Counted from the first letter of the stretch, positions 7,432 to 17,372 are shown. The stretch is DNA of 64,000 bases from Syntrophorhabdaceae bacterium (GCA_963665295.1 OY762209.1:2368001-2432000), one strand, 5' to 3'. Notes: generated by a model not told the origin, from the letters alone. Numbers and translations are program-made.

Positions 7432-9090
7432 TCATTTGATCGTAAAAGTGACCTTTGACGACTTCAACAACTTGCTTGCCTGTGTTTCAACGTGTACTTT
7501 GGCCTTACCGGCCGCGGTCAGCATGGCTCCTGTCACGGGGACCCGGAGTTCGGTGCCGGATATGCGGGTCACGGGAAGTTCCGTGACGGCATTGTTGAAG
7601 GTCCACCAGACCTTCGAAACAGGGACAAAGTTCTTGCCGGTAAGGGTCAGAATGAAAGGGGCGCCATTCACGGCAGCGCCGGTCGGGTTCAGTTTGCTCA
7701 ATGACGGGGCGGGGTAGGTATAAGCGAAGGTTTTGCCTGCCGATTCGCCACCGCCGTGAGGGTTGAAAACCGTAATGACCGCGCTTCCCTCGGTAGCGAT
7801 CCTGTCGGCGGTAATCACCGCGGTCAGTTTGCCGGCATTTACGTAGGTCGTGCCCAGGGCATCACCGTTCCAGCGCACGATTGCGTCGGCGGCAAAGTTC
7901 TTGCCCTTTGCCGTCAATGTCACACTCGTGCCCAGGCCTGCCGTCTGGCTCTTGGTGGGAGAAATGCCGCTCAATGTGGTGCGCGGCGCTGCCTTGCGCT
8001 GCGCCCGGATCGCGGCAACCATCTGGTCCGCGTAATCGTGCCGGGAGTATGCGTATTCGGCCTTGTTGCCCGAATCCTTCTGAAATCCCCAGGTGTGGAT
8101 AAAGTTGAAGGCTGCCTCTTTAAGGGTGGGAGCGCCGAACATATTGCTCAGCGGAGCGTTCCAGTCAATGGCGTAATATTTTCCTTCCCTGGCGTAGCTG
8201 CGCTCCACCAGTTCATCATAAACGGCTTTGGCCGCATCGTCGCTGCGGTCCGTTCCGGTCCCCGCGCCGAATTCCTGTCCATGTTCATCATCATTAGAGG
8301 GACTCTGCGGATTATAGAAACAGGACCTCGGTTCCCGTGTCTTGAGTATGGTGTGGGTGCCCCATATCCCCGGCAGGGCAGGGGTCATGGCGAACAGGTC
8401 TTCCATGCAGGCGCGGTGGGAGACTGAATCGGCCAGACAATGGATATATGTGGCAAAAGCCTCGAGGGAACCGGCGACAATGCCCGTCTCGATGGTGACA
8501 GGCATCTGATAGCGGCAGTCGGCATCGATCACCTGGTCGGTGGGGGAGCCCCAGGCGTAGGCCGCGTAACCCACCAGGGTCGGGTTTTCTCCCGAGGCCC
8601 ATTTGCGGAGGTTTTCCAATTCGCCGTTATCAGTGCGCGGAAAATGGAAAAAAGGAGAGAACACGCCGAAGCGGCTGGTCGTGCAGGCAAGACCATCGTA
8701 AGTATTGGCGCTTTTCGGCCAGACAACCGCCCCTGCCCCCTTTCCCGTGGGACAGACCGCGGGGTCGTCCGGATCGGGAGACCCGGGGAAAACCCCGAGA
8801 CAATTGTGATGGCTCACTTCCGCCCCTATGCCGAACATCTCGGAATCGACAAGCTGATCCCAGGTCAGGATCCGGGCCGCGTCATCATCGGAAAAACCCG
8901 CGGCGAGGGCCAGCGCGTAGGCCAGGTCGGTATGAATCGAACTGACCTCTTCATCCGTCACCTCACCTGTCCAGGGATCCCTGAAGTGGAGGGCTTCTTC
9001 GGCAAAGCCCCAGACCATGGGAACGTTTATCGGTACAAACAACGCAAGAACCGCAACCAGGGCGATACGACGGATAAGCATATTCTTCAT
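7432..9090 (-). CDS. Secreted protein with putative Zn-dependent PLC/DUF6765-like domain and two C-terminal IPT/TIG domains
   Basis: Signal peptide, SD GGAGG; IHTDLAYALALAAGF...QLVD, HFP, HCLADSVSH; two repeats of the type LSxISP...TLTxKGKNF. Confidence 0.65.
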   Translation of the reverse strand: MKNMLIRRIALVAVLALFVPINVPMVWGFAEEALHFRDPWTGEVTDEEVSSIHTDLAYALALAAGFSDDDAARILTWDQLVDSEMFGIGAEVSHHNCLGVFPGSPDPDDPAVCPTGKGAGAVVWPKSANTYDGLACTTSRFGVFSPFFHFPRTDNGELENLRKWASGENPTLVGYAAYAWGSPTDQVIDADCRYQMPVTIETGIVAGSLEAFATYIHCLADSVSHRACMEDLFAMTPALPGIWGTHTILKTREPRSCFYNPQSPSNDDEHGQEFGAGTGTDRSDDAAKAVYDELVERSYAREGKYYAIDWNAPLSNMFGAPTLKEAAFNFIHTWGFQKDSGNKAEYAYSRHDYADQMVAAIRAQRKAAPRTTLSGISPTKSQTAGLGTSVTLTAKGKNFAADAIVRWNGDALGTTYVNAGKLTAVITADRIATEGSAVITVFNPHGGGESAGKTFAYTYPAPSLSKLNPTGAAVNGAPFILTLTGKNFVPVSKVWWTFNNAVTELPVTRISGTELRVPVTGAMLTAAGKAKVHVETQASKLLKSSKVTFTIK

Positions 9091-9322
9091 GACGGCCTCC
9101 CCAATGACCCGAAGGAATTTGATTGAGATTATACCGAAAATTACCACAAGAATACCGGATTCTCAATAGGAACTTCCGACGGTTTTAGAACGGAACAGGT
9201 CTTTGCGGTACGGCAGGGAGCGGAAAATCAGGTTGCAATAGGCTGGATTTGTACTATTATTGATAGTAGACGGCAACGAGTCGTCAGGCTGCCCCTGTGC
9301 CATGGCCTGAAGAAGGATTGGA

Positions 9323-12196
9323 ATGAGACGAAAGAAGAAAGAAACCGTGGAGTTTGATGGCGAGGAACATCCATTGGGACTTGTGGCGATCGTCCTCGTA
9401 GCTCCCGACGGTTCCCTTACCTCCATCGATTCCCGTCTCAAGGAACTCCTTAAATGCAGTTTTGAGAATATCCTTAGCGAAAAGGACTGGGAAAAGACAA
9501 CCGGCGAGTCTCTCCCTCAAGAGACCCACGTGGCCACGTGGATAGAAGAGATGCAACGCGCCCTTCCGGGGCAGTGGCAGTCGGGGAGCACCACGGTTGT
9601 ATGCAGAGACGGCGGCCGCAAGCTGATCGATTTCGCGGCGGTGAAGATGCCGTCAGGTGAGACTCTCACGATTTTCGAAGACGTTGCGGGACACAAGAAG
9701 ATAGAACGGCTGATCCTGCGGAGCAGGGACATGCTCCGGTCGGTTTCGGACAACATGCCGGACTTGATCTGGGCGAAGGATATGGAAGGCCGTTTCCTTT
9801 TCGTAAATAAGGCCATGTGCGACGTGCTCCTGAAATGTGACACTCCTGCGGAGGCGGTAGGGAAGACGGACCTGTACTTTGCCAAGAGGATCAAGCGGGC
9901 AGGATATAGGCATGATTTCGGCGAAATGTGCGTGAACAGCGACCAGGCGGTCCATGCTTCGGTAACGGCGCAAAAATTCGAAGAATACGGCTATATTAAA
10001 GGGGAATTTGTCTATCTCGAGGTTTATAAAGCACCTCTTCTCGATGGCCGGGGGAGTATGATCGGCACCGTAGGCTGCGGCAGGGACATTACGGACCGGA
10101 AAAGGGCCGAAGAATACCTGAGGGAGTCAGAGGAGCGTTACAGGACCGCTATCGAGCACTCGAACGACGGTGTGGCGATCGTGAGCGGCTCCTCCCATCA
10201 TTACGTCAACAAGAGGTACCTCGAAATGTTCGGGTACGAAAGCATGGAGGACTTCAAGGGACTGCCTCCGTTCTTTACGGTCCATCCCGATGACCGGGAG
10301 TGGGTGACAAAGCTCAGTCTGGCGAGAAAACGGGGGAAGCCCGTCCCCTCGATATATGAGTTCAAAGGCATAAAGAAAGACGGTACCGTGACCTTTATTC
10401 AAGCCTCGGTGGCAACCATCAGTTACCGGGGAGAGCCGGCATCCCTTGCCTACCTGAGGGACATTACGGACAGGAAACGTTCGGAGGAAGCGGTCAGGGA
10501 AAGGGAAGAGACGATCCGGGCCCTCATCAACGCATCCACGGACGCCACTTTCTCCGCCCTCGTCAACGGGACAATCCTCGCGGCGAATGAGACTCTCGCG
10601 AGGAGACTCGGGAGCACCGTGGAGGAGGTTCTGGGAACCTGTATCTTCGATTATTGGCCGGAAGACCTTGCCCGCTCCAGGAAGGCCACGGTGGAGAAAA
10701 TGATCCGGTCGAAACATCCTGTCCAGTTTGAAGACCAACGGGACAACCTGTGGTTCGAGAACAGTCTTTACCCCATTCTGGATGCGGGGGGCGAGGTGAA
10801 AAAGATTGCGGTCTTCAGCAGGGATATTACGGAACGAAAGAGGGTCGCGGAAGCCCTGGCAGCGAGTGAGCGGCAATACAGGGACCTCGTGGATAACGCG
10901 CCGGTGGGTGTATTCAAGACGAACATCGCGGGTGATATCCTTTTCTGTAATGACGGCTGGGCAAGAATATACGGGTATAAGACGGCTGCGGAGATCATGT
11001 CCGCCAATGCGGTGACCCTGTATACGGATCCCGCGCAAAGAAACGAGTTTGTCCGAAGGCTGAAAGAAGAGACTATGATCTCGGATTATGAGAAGGAATA
11101 CGTCACGAAAGATGGAAAGTCCGTCCACGTGCTTGTAAGCGCCACCCTTGAGGGAGACGTCATATCCGGGGTGGCGGTCAATATTACGGACAGGAAGATT
11201 GCCGAAAGGGCGCTCCGGGAGTCGGAGGAGAAATATCGTAATATTTTCGACAACGCAGTAGAGGGCATTTTTCAGAGCGCCCCCGGGGGCCGCCTTCTCA
11301 AGGGTAATCGCGCCCTTGCCCAGATGCTCGGCTTTGACTCCCCTGACGCCATGATGGATACTTATACAGACCTGCCTAACCAAGTCTACGTGATCCCCGG
11401 GGAAAGTGCGCGGTTCAGGGCTACCCTGGAACGGGACGGTTCGATCCAGGGGTTCGAAACGAAGTTTTGCAGGAAGGACGGGAAAGAAATATGGGTTTCC
11501 ATTAATGCCCGGACCGTGCGGGACGGGGCTGGCGATATGCAGTACTTCGAGGGATTTGTCGAGAACATTACGGACCGGAAAAGGGCCGAGTCGGAACTCA
11601 GGGAAAGCGTGGTGAAGCTGAATAAACGGTTGACGGAGACGATCCACGCCATGTCCGTGACGGTGGAAACGAGAGACCCCTACACAGCGGGGCACCAGAA
11701 AAGGGTAGCCGGCCTTGCGGTGAAGATTGCGAGGGAGATGGGCCTGCCGGAAGACACCATCGAGTGCATCAGGATGGCGGGCATTATCCACGACATCGGG
11801 AAGATGTCCGTGCCCGCGGAAATCCTGAGCAAGCCCACACAACTGAAGGATGTGGAGATGAGCATCATGCAGGTCCATGCGGAAAAGGGGTATGATATTC
11901 TTAAAGAGATCGAGTTTCCGTGGCCCCTTGCCGATATCGTCCTCCAGCATCACGAAAGGCTCGATGGTTCGGGCTATCCCAGGGCGTTGACAGGCGACCG
12001 GATTCTCACGGAGGCGAAAATACTGGCCGTTGCCGACGTGGTGGAATCCATGGTGTCTCACAGGCCTTACAGGCCCGCCCACTCGATGGATGAGGCCGTC
12101 ACGGAGATCGTAAGTAACCGGGGAGTCCTTTATGATCCTCTTGTTGTCGATGCGTGTATGAGGGTCATAGGACGTGAAGGTTTCGACTTCGATTGA
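9323..12196 (+). CDS. Multi-PAS HD-GYP c-di-GMP phosphodiesterase
   Basis: Five PAS/PAC units ending DIT(D/E)RK or NITDRK plus a degenerate N-terminal one; RDPYTAGH, IIHDIGK, HHERLDGSGYP. Confidence 0.92.
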   Translation: MRRKKKETVEFDGEEHPLGLVAIVLVAPDGSLTSIDSRLKELLKCSFENILSEKDWEKTTGESLPQETHVATWIEEMQRALPGQWQSGSTTVVCRDGGRKLIDFAAVKMPSGETLTIFEDVAGHKKIERLILRSRDMLRSVSDNMPDLIWAKDMEGRFLFVNKAMCDVLLKCDTPAEAVGKTDLYFAKRIKRAGYRHDFGEMCVNSDQAVHASVTAQKFEEYGYIKGEFVYLEVYKAPLLDGRGSMIGTVGCGRDITDRKRAEEYLRESEERYRTAIEHSNDGVAIVSGSSHHYVNKRYLEMFGYESMEDFKGLPPFFTVHPDDREWVTKLSLARKRGKPVPSIYEFKGIKKDGTVTFIQASVATISYRGEPASLAYLRDITDRKRSEEAVREREETIRALINASTDATFSALVNGTILAANETLARRLGSTVEEVLGTCIFDYWPEDLARSRKATVEKMIRSKHPVQFEDQRDNLWFENSLYPILDAGGEVKKIAVFSRDITERKRVAEALAASERQYRDLVDNAPVGVFKTNIAGDILFCNDGWARIYGYKTAAEIMSANAVTLYTDPAQRNEFVRRLKEETMISDYEKEYVTKDGKSVHVLVSATLEGDVISGVAVNITDRKIAERALRESEEKYRNIFDNAVEGIFQSAPGGRLLKGNRALAQMLGFDSPDAMMDTYTDLPNQVYVIPGESARFRATLERDGSIQGFETKFCRKDGKEIWVSINARTVRDGAGDMQYFEGFVENITDRKRAESELRESVVKLNKRLTETIHAMSVTVETRDPYTAGHQKRVAGLAVKIAREMGLPEDTIECIRMAGIIHDIGKMSVPAEILSKPTQLKDVEMSIMQVHAEKGYDILKEIEFPWPLADIVLQHHERLDGSGYPRALTGDRILTEAKILAVADVVESMVSHRPYRPAHSMDEAVTEIVSNRGVLYDPLVVDACMRVIGREGFDFD

Positions 12197-12274
12197 CGGA
12201 CGGCCCCGCGCTCCCTTTAAATCTCTTTACATTACTGTCCGCTCTGTATTATTATGACCCTAAGGCTATCCCTC

Positions 12275-12562
12275 ATGGTACGCTCAAAATCTGCATGGCA
12301 CTTAATCTCAATCCTCCTACTCATCCTGTTCCTGATGGCTGTCAGGCCTCTGAAAACGCCGGTATGGCAGGAGTTGTCGCCCGTTGACCAGCGGTCGTCA
12401 TGGGGAGAAAACGGGACGGACTTTGTTTTCCTCAGCCGTTCAACGAGTACGGCCGAACCGCATTTTGAAGAGACGACTTCCGCCTTGCCCGCCCAGGCCT
12501 CCAGCGCTGTGTCTCCGATTTGCGCTCACCATATATCCAGGGCCCCTCCTGTTTTTGTGTAG
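12275..12562 (+). CDS. Small exported/membrane-anchored protein ending in RAPP (candidate arrest leader peptide)
   Basis: N-terminal hydrophobic segment LISILLLILFLMAV, polar linker, C-terminal CAHHISRAPPVFV. Start 12254 or 12275. Confidence 0.6.
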   Translation: MVRSKSAWHLISILLLILFLMAVRPLKTPVWQELSPVDQRSSWGENGTDFVFLSRSTSTAEPHFEETTSALPAQASSAVSPICAHHISRAPPVFV

Positions 12563-12654
12563 CGGGATCGTTCCGTATCGGAAGATCAATGTACGACCGG
12601 AAGTTGAGGAGTCCGGCCGGGCACTCCGCAGTTATTTGAAGGAGGTAAGGACCA

Positions 12655-13083
12655 ATGAAGAAATTGTTCATTTTTACCGTCTTAATGTTTACCGGAGTTT
12701 TATCCGGCATGAACCTTCACGCCCAGTCGGTTACGGCGGAGAAGGGCATCGACGGAGGCGGGACAGTGGCGAAAGCAGCAAGGACGATGCCGGAGACGAG
12801 ACGTTTCATCGGCACCGTGGTCTCCCTCGATATGCAGGGGCAGACCCTCATCGCAAGGACGCGGAAAGGAGAAACAGCCTTTGATACGTCCGTGGCCCGG
12901 TTTCCCGGGTCCATGACCCCGGGGGATTTGAAACCCGGTGAAAAGGTGCTTGTGAGGTATGTTGAAGAAGACGGCAGGAAGGTGGCGAAGGCCATTCTGA
13001 CCACCCGTGTGAAACCTGACCGGGAGAAAGCCGTATGGACGGGCCACGAGGCCGTGCAACCGTCCGGCACGCCCGACAATTGA
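12655..13083 (+). CDS. Secreted small beta-barrel (OB-fold/DUF5666-like) protein
   Basis: Strong SD AAGGAGG, signal peptide ending LHA; GTVVSLD...DLKPGEKVLVRY...VAKAI pattern. Confidence 0.7.
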   Translation: MKKLFIFTVLMFTGVLSGMNLHAQSVTAEKGIDGGGTVAKAARTMPETRRFIGTVVSLDMQGQTLIARTRKGETAFDTSVARFPGSMTPGDLKPGEKVLVRYVEEDGRKVAKAILTTRVKPDREKAVWTGHEAVQPSGTPDN

Positions 13084-13187
13084 TGAGACCGGCTGCCGGG
13101 GGAGAGGGAAGAAAAGCCGGTCAGGAGAATGGAAATAGCGAGGCAAACTTGAATCTTTACGAAAATACAAAAAAGAGGAGAATTACC

Positions 13188-13805
13188 GTGAAAAGAATGA
13201 TTGTAGTCCTTGTATCCCTGTTTCTTGTTTCATGCGCGGTGGGACCCGTGCATATGGCGAAAACCGAGGAAGAAAGCATAAAGAACTCCTATGACGAAGT
13301 GCAGTTGAAGAGCCTCTATGATAAGAACAAACCGTTGCTCCGCGACATCTACTCAAGGCTGAGGTCGTCCAATATCAATGTCTACCGGGAAGGGATCGGC
13401 TTTACCACTCTTCGCGACCCGTCCCAGAAAGGTCATTTTTATCTCATGGTCAATATCAGGCCGCCGGAGATAGTCTTTGACGAGAGCACCTCCAAGCCGG
13501 AAGAGAGATTCTCCAAGGTAATGGGGACATACTTCGAAAAGTACCTGACCTATGTGAAGAAGAGCGATCTCGATGCGAGCGGTACGGAGGGCCTGTCTCT
13601 CGGCGTGTACTGGCCGGTGAGAGACTATTCACAGTGCAGGGAGAATGGCGGATTCCTCGAATACGTTATCGTCTATTTCTCGAAGGATGATTTGAACAAC
13701 ATATATGAGCACCGAAAGAGCTTCAAAGACGTGGCCTCTCAGGCGGAAGTGATTGCGAGCCTTGACCTCAAGGCGCCCACGTACATGAAGCCTGTATACC
13801 GCTGA
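13188..13805 (+). CDS. Hypothetical lipoprotein
   Basis: GTG start after GAGGAG; lipobox LVSC. Confidence 0.75.
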   Translation: MKRMIVVLVSLFLVSCAVGPVHMAKTEEESIKNSYDEVQLKSLYDKNKPLLRDIYSRLRSSNINVYREGIGFTTLRDPSQKGHFYLMVNIRPPEIVFDESTSKPEERFSKVMGTYFEKYLTYVKKSDLDASGTEGLSLGVYWPVRDYSQCRENGGFLEYVIVYFSKDDLNNIYEHRKSFKDVASQAEVIASLDLKAPTYMKPVYR

Positions 13806-14003
13806 CGAAACTGCGTTTGTTTCCTCACCACGCACCCTTCCGGAAAGGCATATCGCCGCCGGACCGGGGCTGTGAGGACTCCTCAGGATGAGTGCCCGGG
13901 GTGGGGGCGGGGGTATCCCGTCCGCACCCCGCGGGCCGCACGATATTTTTGTGGAAAAAAACTTAACTTATCGGGCGGGGAATGCGATTACATATAACAT
14001 AAG

Positions 14004-14678
14004 ATGATAATCAAGCCGGGACTTAATATTAGGATCGTGACGGATATAGACCTGACGAAGGAAAGAATTCACGTCAGGAGTTCCATTATCTATGATACGA
14101 AAGGCTCCACCATAACCATTGCCCAGACGGACCCGCCCGTCCTGAAATCGACACTCCGCAAAGAAGTGGTGATAACCTACCTGGTACACGACAAGAAGGG
14201 GCCTGTTCGGTACGGCTTTCCCGCCTTGGTGACCGGATTTGTGGACAATTACAAATTGAGTTCCTCCAATGAGGTGAGGGCGGTAACCGTCTCACGGAGG
14301 ACCGAGGCCCAGCCGTACAGTATACGAATGTTTTATCGCGTGGAACCCACGGGCAAGAGCAAGCTTTCCATGACGATCTACGACAAGGAAGTCAATCTCC
14401 TCGACGTATCCCTGGGCGGCGCAAGGTTCAGTCACGACAAGCGTCTCAACCTGGAAGACAACGCCATGGTGGAGGCATACATCAATGTAGATGGAGCGAC
14501 CCATGTGCTCGAGGGCAGGATACTCAGGGTGTGGGACGGGGAGAACGAACGGTTCAGAGGGGAACTGGGATTTGCCGCCATCGAATTTGTGAACATGAAT
14601 AAAGCGCTGGAGCACGCCCTCTCCCGAAAGATAAGGGAAATAGAGCGGGAGAGCCGTTTCAATGAGGTCTTTCCGTAA
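14004..14678 (+). CDS. PilZ-domain (YcgR-like) c-di-GMP effector
   Basis: RMFYR (RxxxR) and DVSLGG (DxSxxG) motifs. Confidence 0.85.
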   Translation: MIIKPGLNIRIVTDIDLTKERIHVRSSIIYDTKGSTITIAQTDPPVLKSTLRKEVVITYLVHDKKGPVRYGFPALVTGFVDNYKLSSSNEVRAVTVSRRTEAQPYSIRMFYRVEPTGKSKLSMTIYDKEVNLLDVSLGGARFSHDKRLNLEDNAMVEAYINVDGATHVLEGRILRVWDGENERFRGELGFAAIEFVNMNKALEHALSRKIREIERESRFNEVFP

Positions 14679-14691
14679 GCGAGGAGGATAG

Positions 14692-15207
14692 ATGGGAGAT
14701 GTGCGGGAGATAGTACATATAGGCCACCCGGTGCTGAGGAAGAAAGCGCTGCCGGTGGAGTCCGTGGAGTCGCCCGAAATCCAGCGCCTGATAGAGGATT
14801 TGAACGCCACCCTTGCGGAGGCAGAGGGAGTGGGGATAGCCGCCCCTCAGACGGGCGTTTCCCTCCGCCTTTTTATCATCACTTCGAGACCCGACCCCGA
14901 GGGTCCCGATATGCCGGAAATGGAGTCTACGGCCATCATCAACCCTCGTATTATTACCCATTCGTCTGTAATCGTAAAGGATTGGGAAGGTTGCCTGAGC
15001 GTGCCGGGCATCAGGGGGCTGGTCCCCAGGTTCGAATCAATTACCGTCGAGTACCAGTTGAGAGACGGCAGGACGGAAGAGAGGGAATTCACCGGCTTTG
15101 TCGCGAGGGTATTTCAGCATGAGTACGATCACCTTGAAGGTCTTGTCTATCTTGACCGCCTGGAAAGCGTAAAAGACATCATTTCTGAAATATATTGTGG
15201 GGAATAA
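14692..15207 (+). CDS. def: Peptide deformylase
   Basis: GVGIAAPQ, EGCLS, HEYDHL motifs. Confidence 0.97.
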   Translation: MGDVREIVHIGHPVLRKKALPVESVESPEIQRLIEDLNATLAEAEGVGIAAPQTGVSLRLFIITSRPDPEGPDMPEMESTAIINPRIITHSSVIVKDWEGCLSVPGIRGLVPRFESITVEYQLRDGRTEEREFTGFVARVFQHEYDHLEGLVYLDRLESVKDIISEIYCGE

Positions 15208-15275
15208 TATCTCAAAACGAGACTTATCTTGTATAGAGAGGCGACTTCTGTTAAAATGCCTCCAGGAAAAACGCA

Positions 15276-15494
15276 ATGTTAGAGAAATTTTTCTCCGGAT
15301 TGTCGGAGCACGACAAATATGAGATTACAAGCTGGGCGTTCAGCTATTTCATGACGAGCAATCTCACGGTTTCGGACTGCGTGGCGAAAGCCATCCAGCA
15401 CATCAAGCCCAACAAGGTGAAAGAAGACGGTACGCTGAAGATACCGAGGTCCACCTTCATAGAATTACAACTACGGGTAAAGAACATGCTTTAA
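15276..15494 (+). CDS. Hypothetical 72-aa protein
   Basis: Fills the intergenic gap, AGGA upstream, protein-like composition. Confidence 0.65.
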   Translation: MLEKFFSGLSEHDKYEITSWAFSYFMTSNLTVSDCVAKAIQHIKPNKVKEDGTLKIPRSTFIELQLRVKNML

Positions 15495-15556
15495 TCCGGT
15501 TCACCGGTTTTTTCCCGGTGTGCCCCGAGTCCTCCCCTCCGTGAATCAGAACGGGA

Positions 15557-15955
15557 TCAAGCCCTTGGATTGGTCCTTTCAATCCAGAGCTTGATGTGCG
15601 CGCATTCCCACGGCACGGTATCGCAGCAACCCGACTCATCCTTTCTCTCGCTGCAGTTGGCGCAGATCCGCCAATGTCCGCAGGTAACGGTGGTGATCAG
15701 GTGGGTGTCGCATTCGAGGCACCAGACATAGCCGCAGGCGACGCAGAGACCCACGGTGGGGTCGGCGATCCCCGCTATTTCATGGCAATCCACGGTATCA
15801 TGCTCGCCGCACCTCGGACAGCGCCTGATTACCGCGCTTCCGCCCCGCCTCGCGTCGGTGATGAGGATATCCACGGCCTCCTTGAGAGCCGCCTGTATTT
15901 CGAAGGGCATCAACTCCCACATGTCGTGAAGATGCCCTCTGTCGATCTTCGCCAT
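15557..15955 (-). CDS. Cys-rich multi-zinc-finger-like hypothetical protein
   Basis: CPRC, CVAC, CLEC, CGH, CANC; SD GGAGG; downstream of cysteine synthase. Confidence 0.75.
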   Translation of the reverse strand: MAKIDRGHLHDMWELMPFEIQAALKEAVDILITDARRGGSAVIRRCPRCGEHDTVDCHEIAGIADPTVGLCVACGYVWCLECDTHLITTVTCGHWRICANCSERKDESGCCDTVPWECAHIKLWIERTNPRA

Positions 15956-15997
15956 GGCTTAATCCTCCACTCGTTCGTTAAGACGTCTTCCACGTTG

Positions 15998-16906
15998 TCA
16001 TGGAGGACACTTGGCACATATTGACCTGAACTGCATGGTGCTCAGGTAACGGTCACCGCGGTCGGGCAGGATGACCACGATTGTCCCGTGATCCATTGCC
16101 TTCGCTTTCCGCAAAGCCACCGCCACGGCGGCCCCTGCCGACGTACCCACGAAGAGCCCTTCCTTCAACGCAAGAAGCTTTGTGGTTTCAAAGGCCTCTC
16201 CATCCTCGACCATGGCCTTTTCGCTCAGTTCGTCCGGGTGGTAGATGTGGGGGACCATTGATTCCGTCATATTCTTGAGACCCTGTATCGTATGTCCCAT
16301 TACGGGCTCGACACCTACTACCTGTACCTCGGGTTTGACCGATTTCAGATACCGGCCGGTCCCCATGATGGTCCCGGTGGTGCCCATCCCCGCGATGAGC
16401 ATGTCCACTTCGCCGTTGGTCTGCCGGTAAATCTCGGGTCCCGTAGTCTCGAAGTGGGCAAGGACATTGTCGTTGTTGTCATACTGGTTGGGCATGAAAT
16501 ACTTGTCCGGCTCCGCGTCGACGAGGGTCAGGGCCTTCTTTATGGCCCCGTCTATGTTCTCTTTCGCAGGGGTAAGGAAAACAAGTGATCCGAGTCCTTC
16601 AAGGATCAACCTCCTCTCCGTGCTCACGCATTCCGGCATGCAGAGTTCGACCTTGTACCCCTTTGCCGCGCCTATCATGGCGATGGCAATACCCGTGTTG
16701 CCGGATGTAGGCTCAAGGATTATCTTGTCTTTCGTGAGTTCTCCCCGTTCCTCGGCCTTAGTTATCATGTAAAGGGCGGGACGGTCTTTTACGGATCCAC
16801 CGGGATTGCACCCTTCGAGCTTACAGAGGATCTTTACCCGAGGGTTCGGGCTGAGGTTCATAAGCTCAACCAGGGGTGTGTTCCCTATGGCTGATAAGAC
16901 GTTCAT
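15998..16906 (-). CDS. cysM: Cysteine synthase (O-acetylserine sulfhydrylase, CysM/CysK family)
   Basis: IGNTPLV, NPGGSVKDR (PLP Lys), EPTSGNTG, GMGTTGT, PDRGDRYLS; SD GGAGG before ATG 16906. cysM versus cysK is not certain. Confidence 0.9.
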   Translation of the reverse strand: MNVLSAIGNTPLVELMNLSPNPRVKILCKLEGCNPGGSVKDRPALYMITKAEERGELTKDKIILEPTSGNTGIAIAMIGAAKGYKVELCMPECVSTERRLILEGLGSLVFLTPAKENIDGAIKKALTLVDAEPDKYFMPNQYDNNDNVLAHFETTGPEIYRQTNGEVDMLIAGMGTTGTIMGTGRYLKSVKPEVQVVGVEPVMGHTIQGLKNMTESMVPHIYHPDELSEKAMVEDGEAFETTKLLALKEGLFVGTSAGAAVAVALRKAKAMDHGTIVVILPDRGDRYLSTMQFRSICAKCPP

Positions 16907-17057
16907 AAAATAGCCTCCAAAAACTATACTTGACGCATGGTTAGAAAAGATTATCAGAATAATGGGTGTGAAACAAGGGCTATTTGATGGGCGGCCAGTC
17001 TCCTTGACAACCCGGGACATGGCACGTATAGTTAGAACATCCAGAAAGGAGGCGGCC

Positions 17058-17372
17058 ATGAAGGATATCCATGAGATTTTTACGACAATGAAAGAAGAAT
17101 TCCCCATGGTGTACGACAGGTATGAGGCCCTGGGTGAGGAGATCCATGAAAAGTCGGGTCCCCTGCCGGAGAAAGTCCGATGGCTGATAAAGATTGCCGT
17201 GTCCGCCACCGGCGGCCACAGGCGGGCCCTTGAGACCCATATCGTCAAAGGGAGGGAAGCGGGTCTCACGGAAGCGGAGATCAAGCATGCCCTTCTCCTG
17301 CTGATCCCTACTGTGGGTTTTCCCGCTTTCATGGAGGCCTACGCCGTGCTGTGCGACACCCGCGCCGTCTGA
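17058..17372 (+). CDS. Carboxymuconolactone decarboxylase/AhpD-like family protein
   Basis: SD AAGGAGG; GPLPEKVRWLIKIAVS...H...AGLTEAEI...VGFP pattern. Confidence 0.85.
   Translation: MKDIHEIFTTMKEEFPMVYDRYEALGEEIHEKSGPLPEKVRWLIKIAVSATGGHRRALETHIVKGREAGLTEAEIKHALLLLIPTVGFPAFMEAYAVLCDTRAV

Noticed and set aside
10086..11589. Identical 25-nt sequence ACATTACGGACCGGAAAAGGGCCGA at ~10086 and ~11565
   Set aside because: Encodes the conserved ITDRKRAE end of PAS/PAC repeats within one gene.
10127..12082. Long antisense ORFs (also 19475-21319, 38980-40284, 57869-58915, 59300-61801)
   Set aside because: Opposite strand of well-supported genes; expected in GC-rich DNA.
13806..14000. c-di-GMP riboswitch upstream of the PilZ gene
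   Set aside because: Only a GC-rich hairpin (~13898-13930); the conserved c-di-GMP-I pattern is not seen.
16907..17332. 142-aa N-terminal extension of cysteine synthase in the ORF track
   Set aside because: Antisense to the CMD gene; the real start at 16906 has an SD and the family N-terminus.
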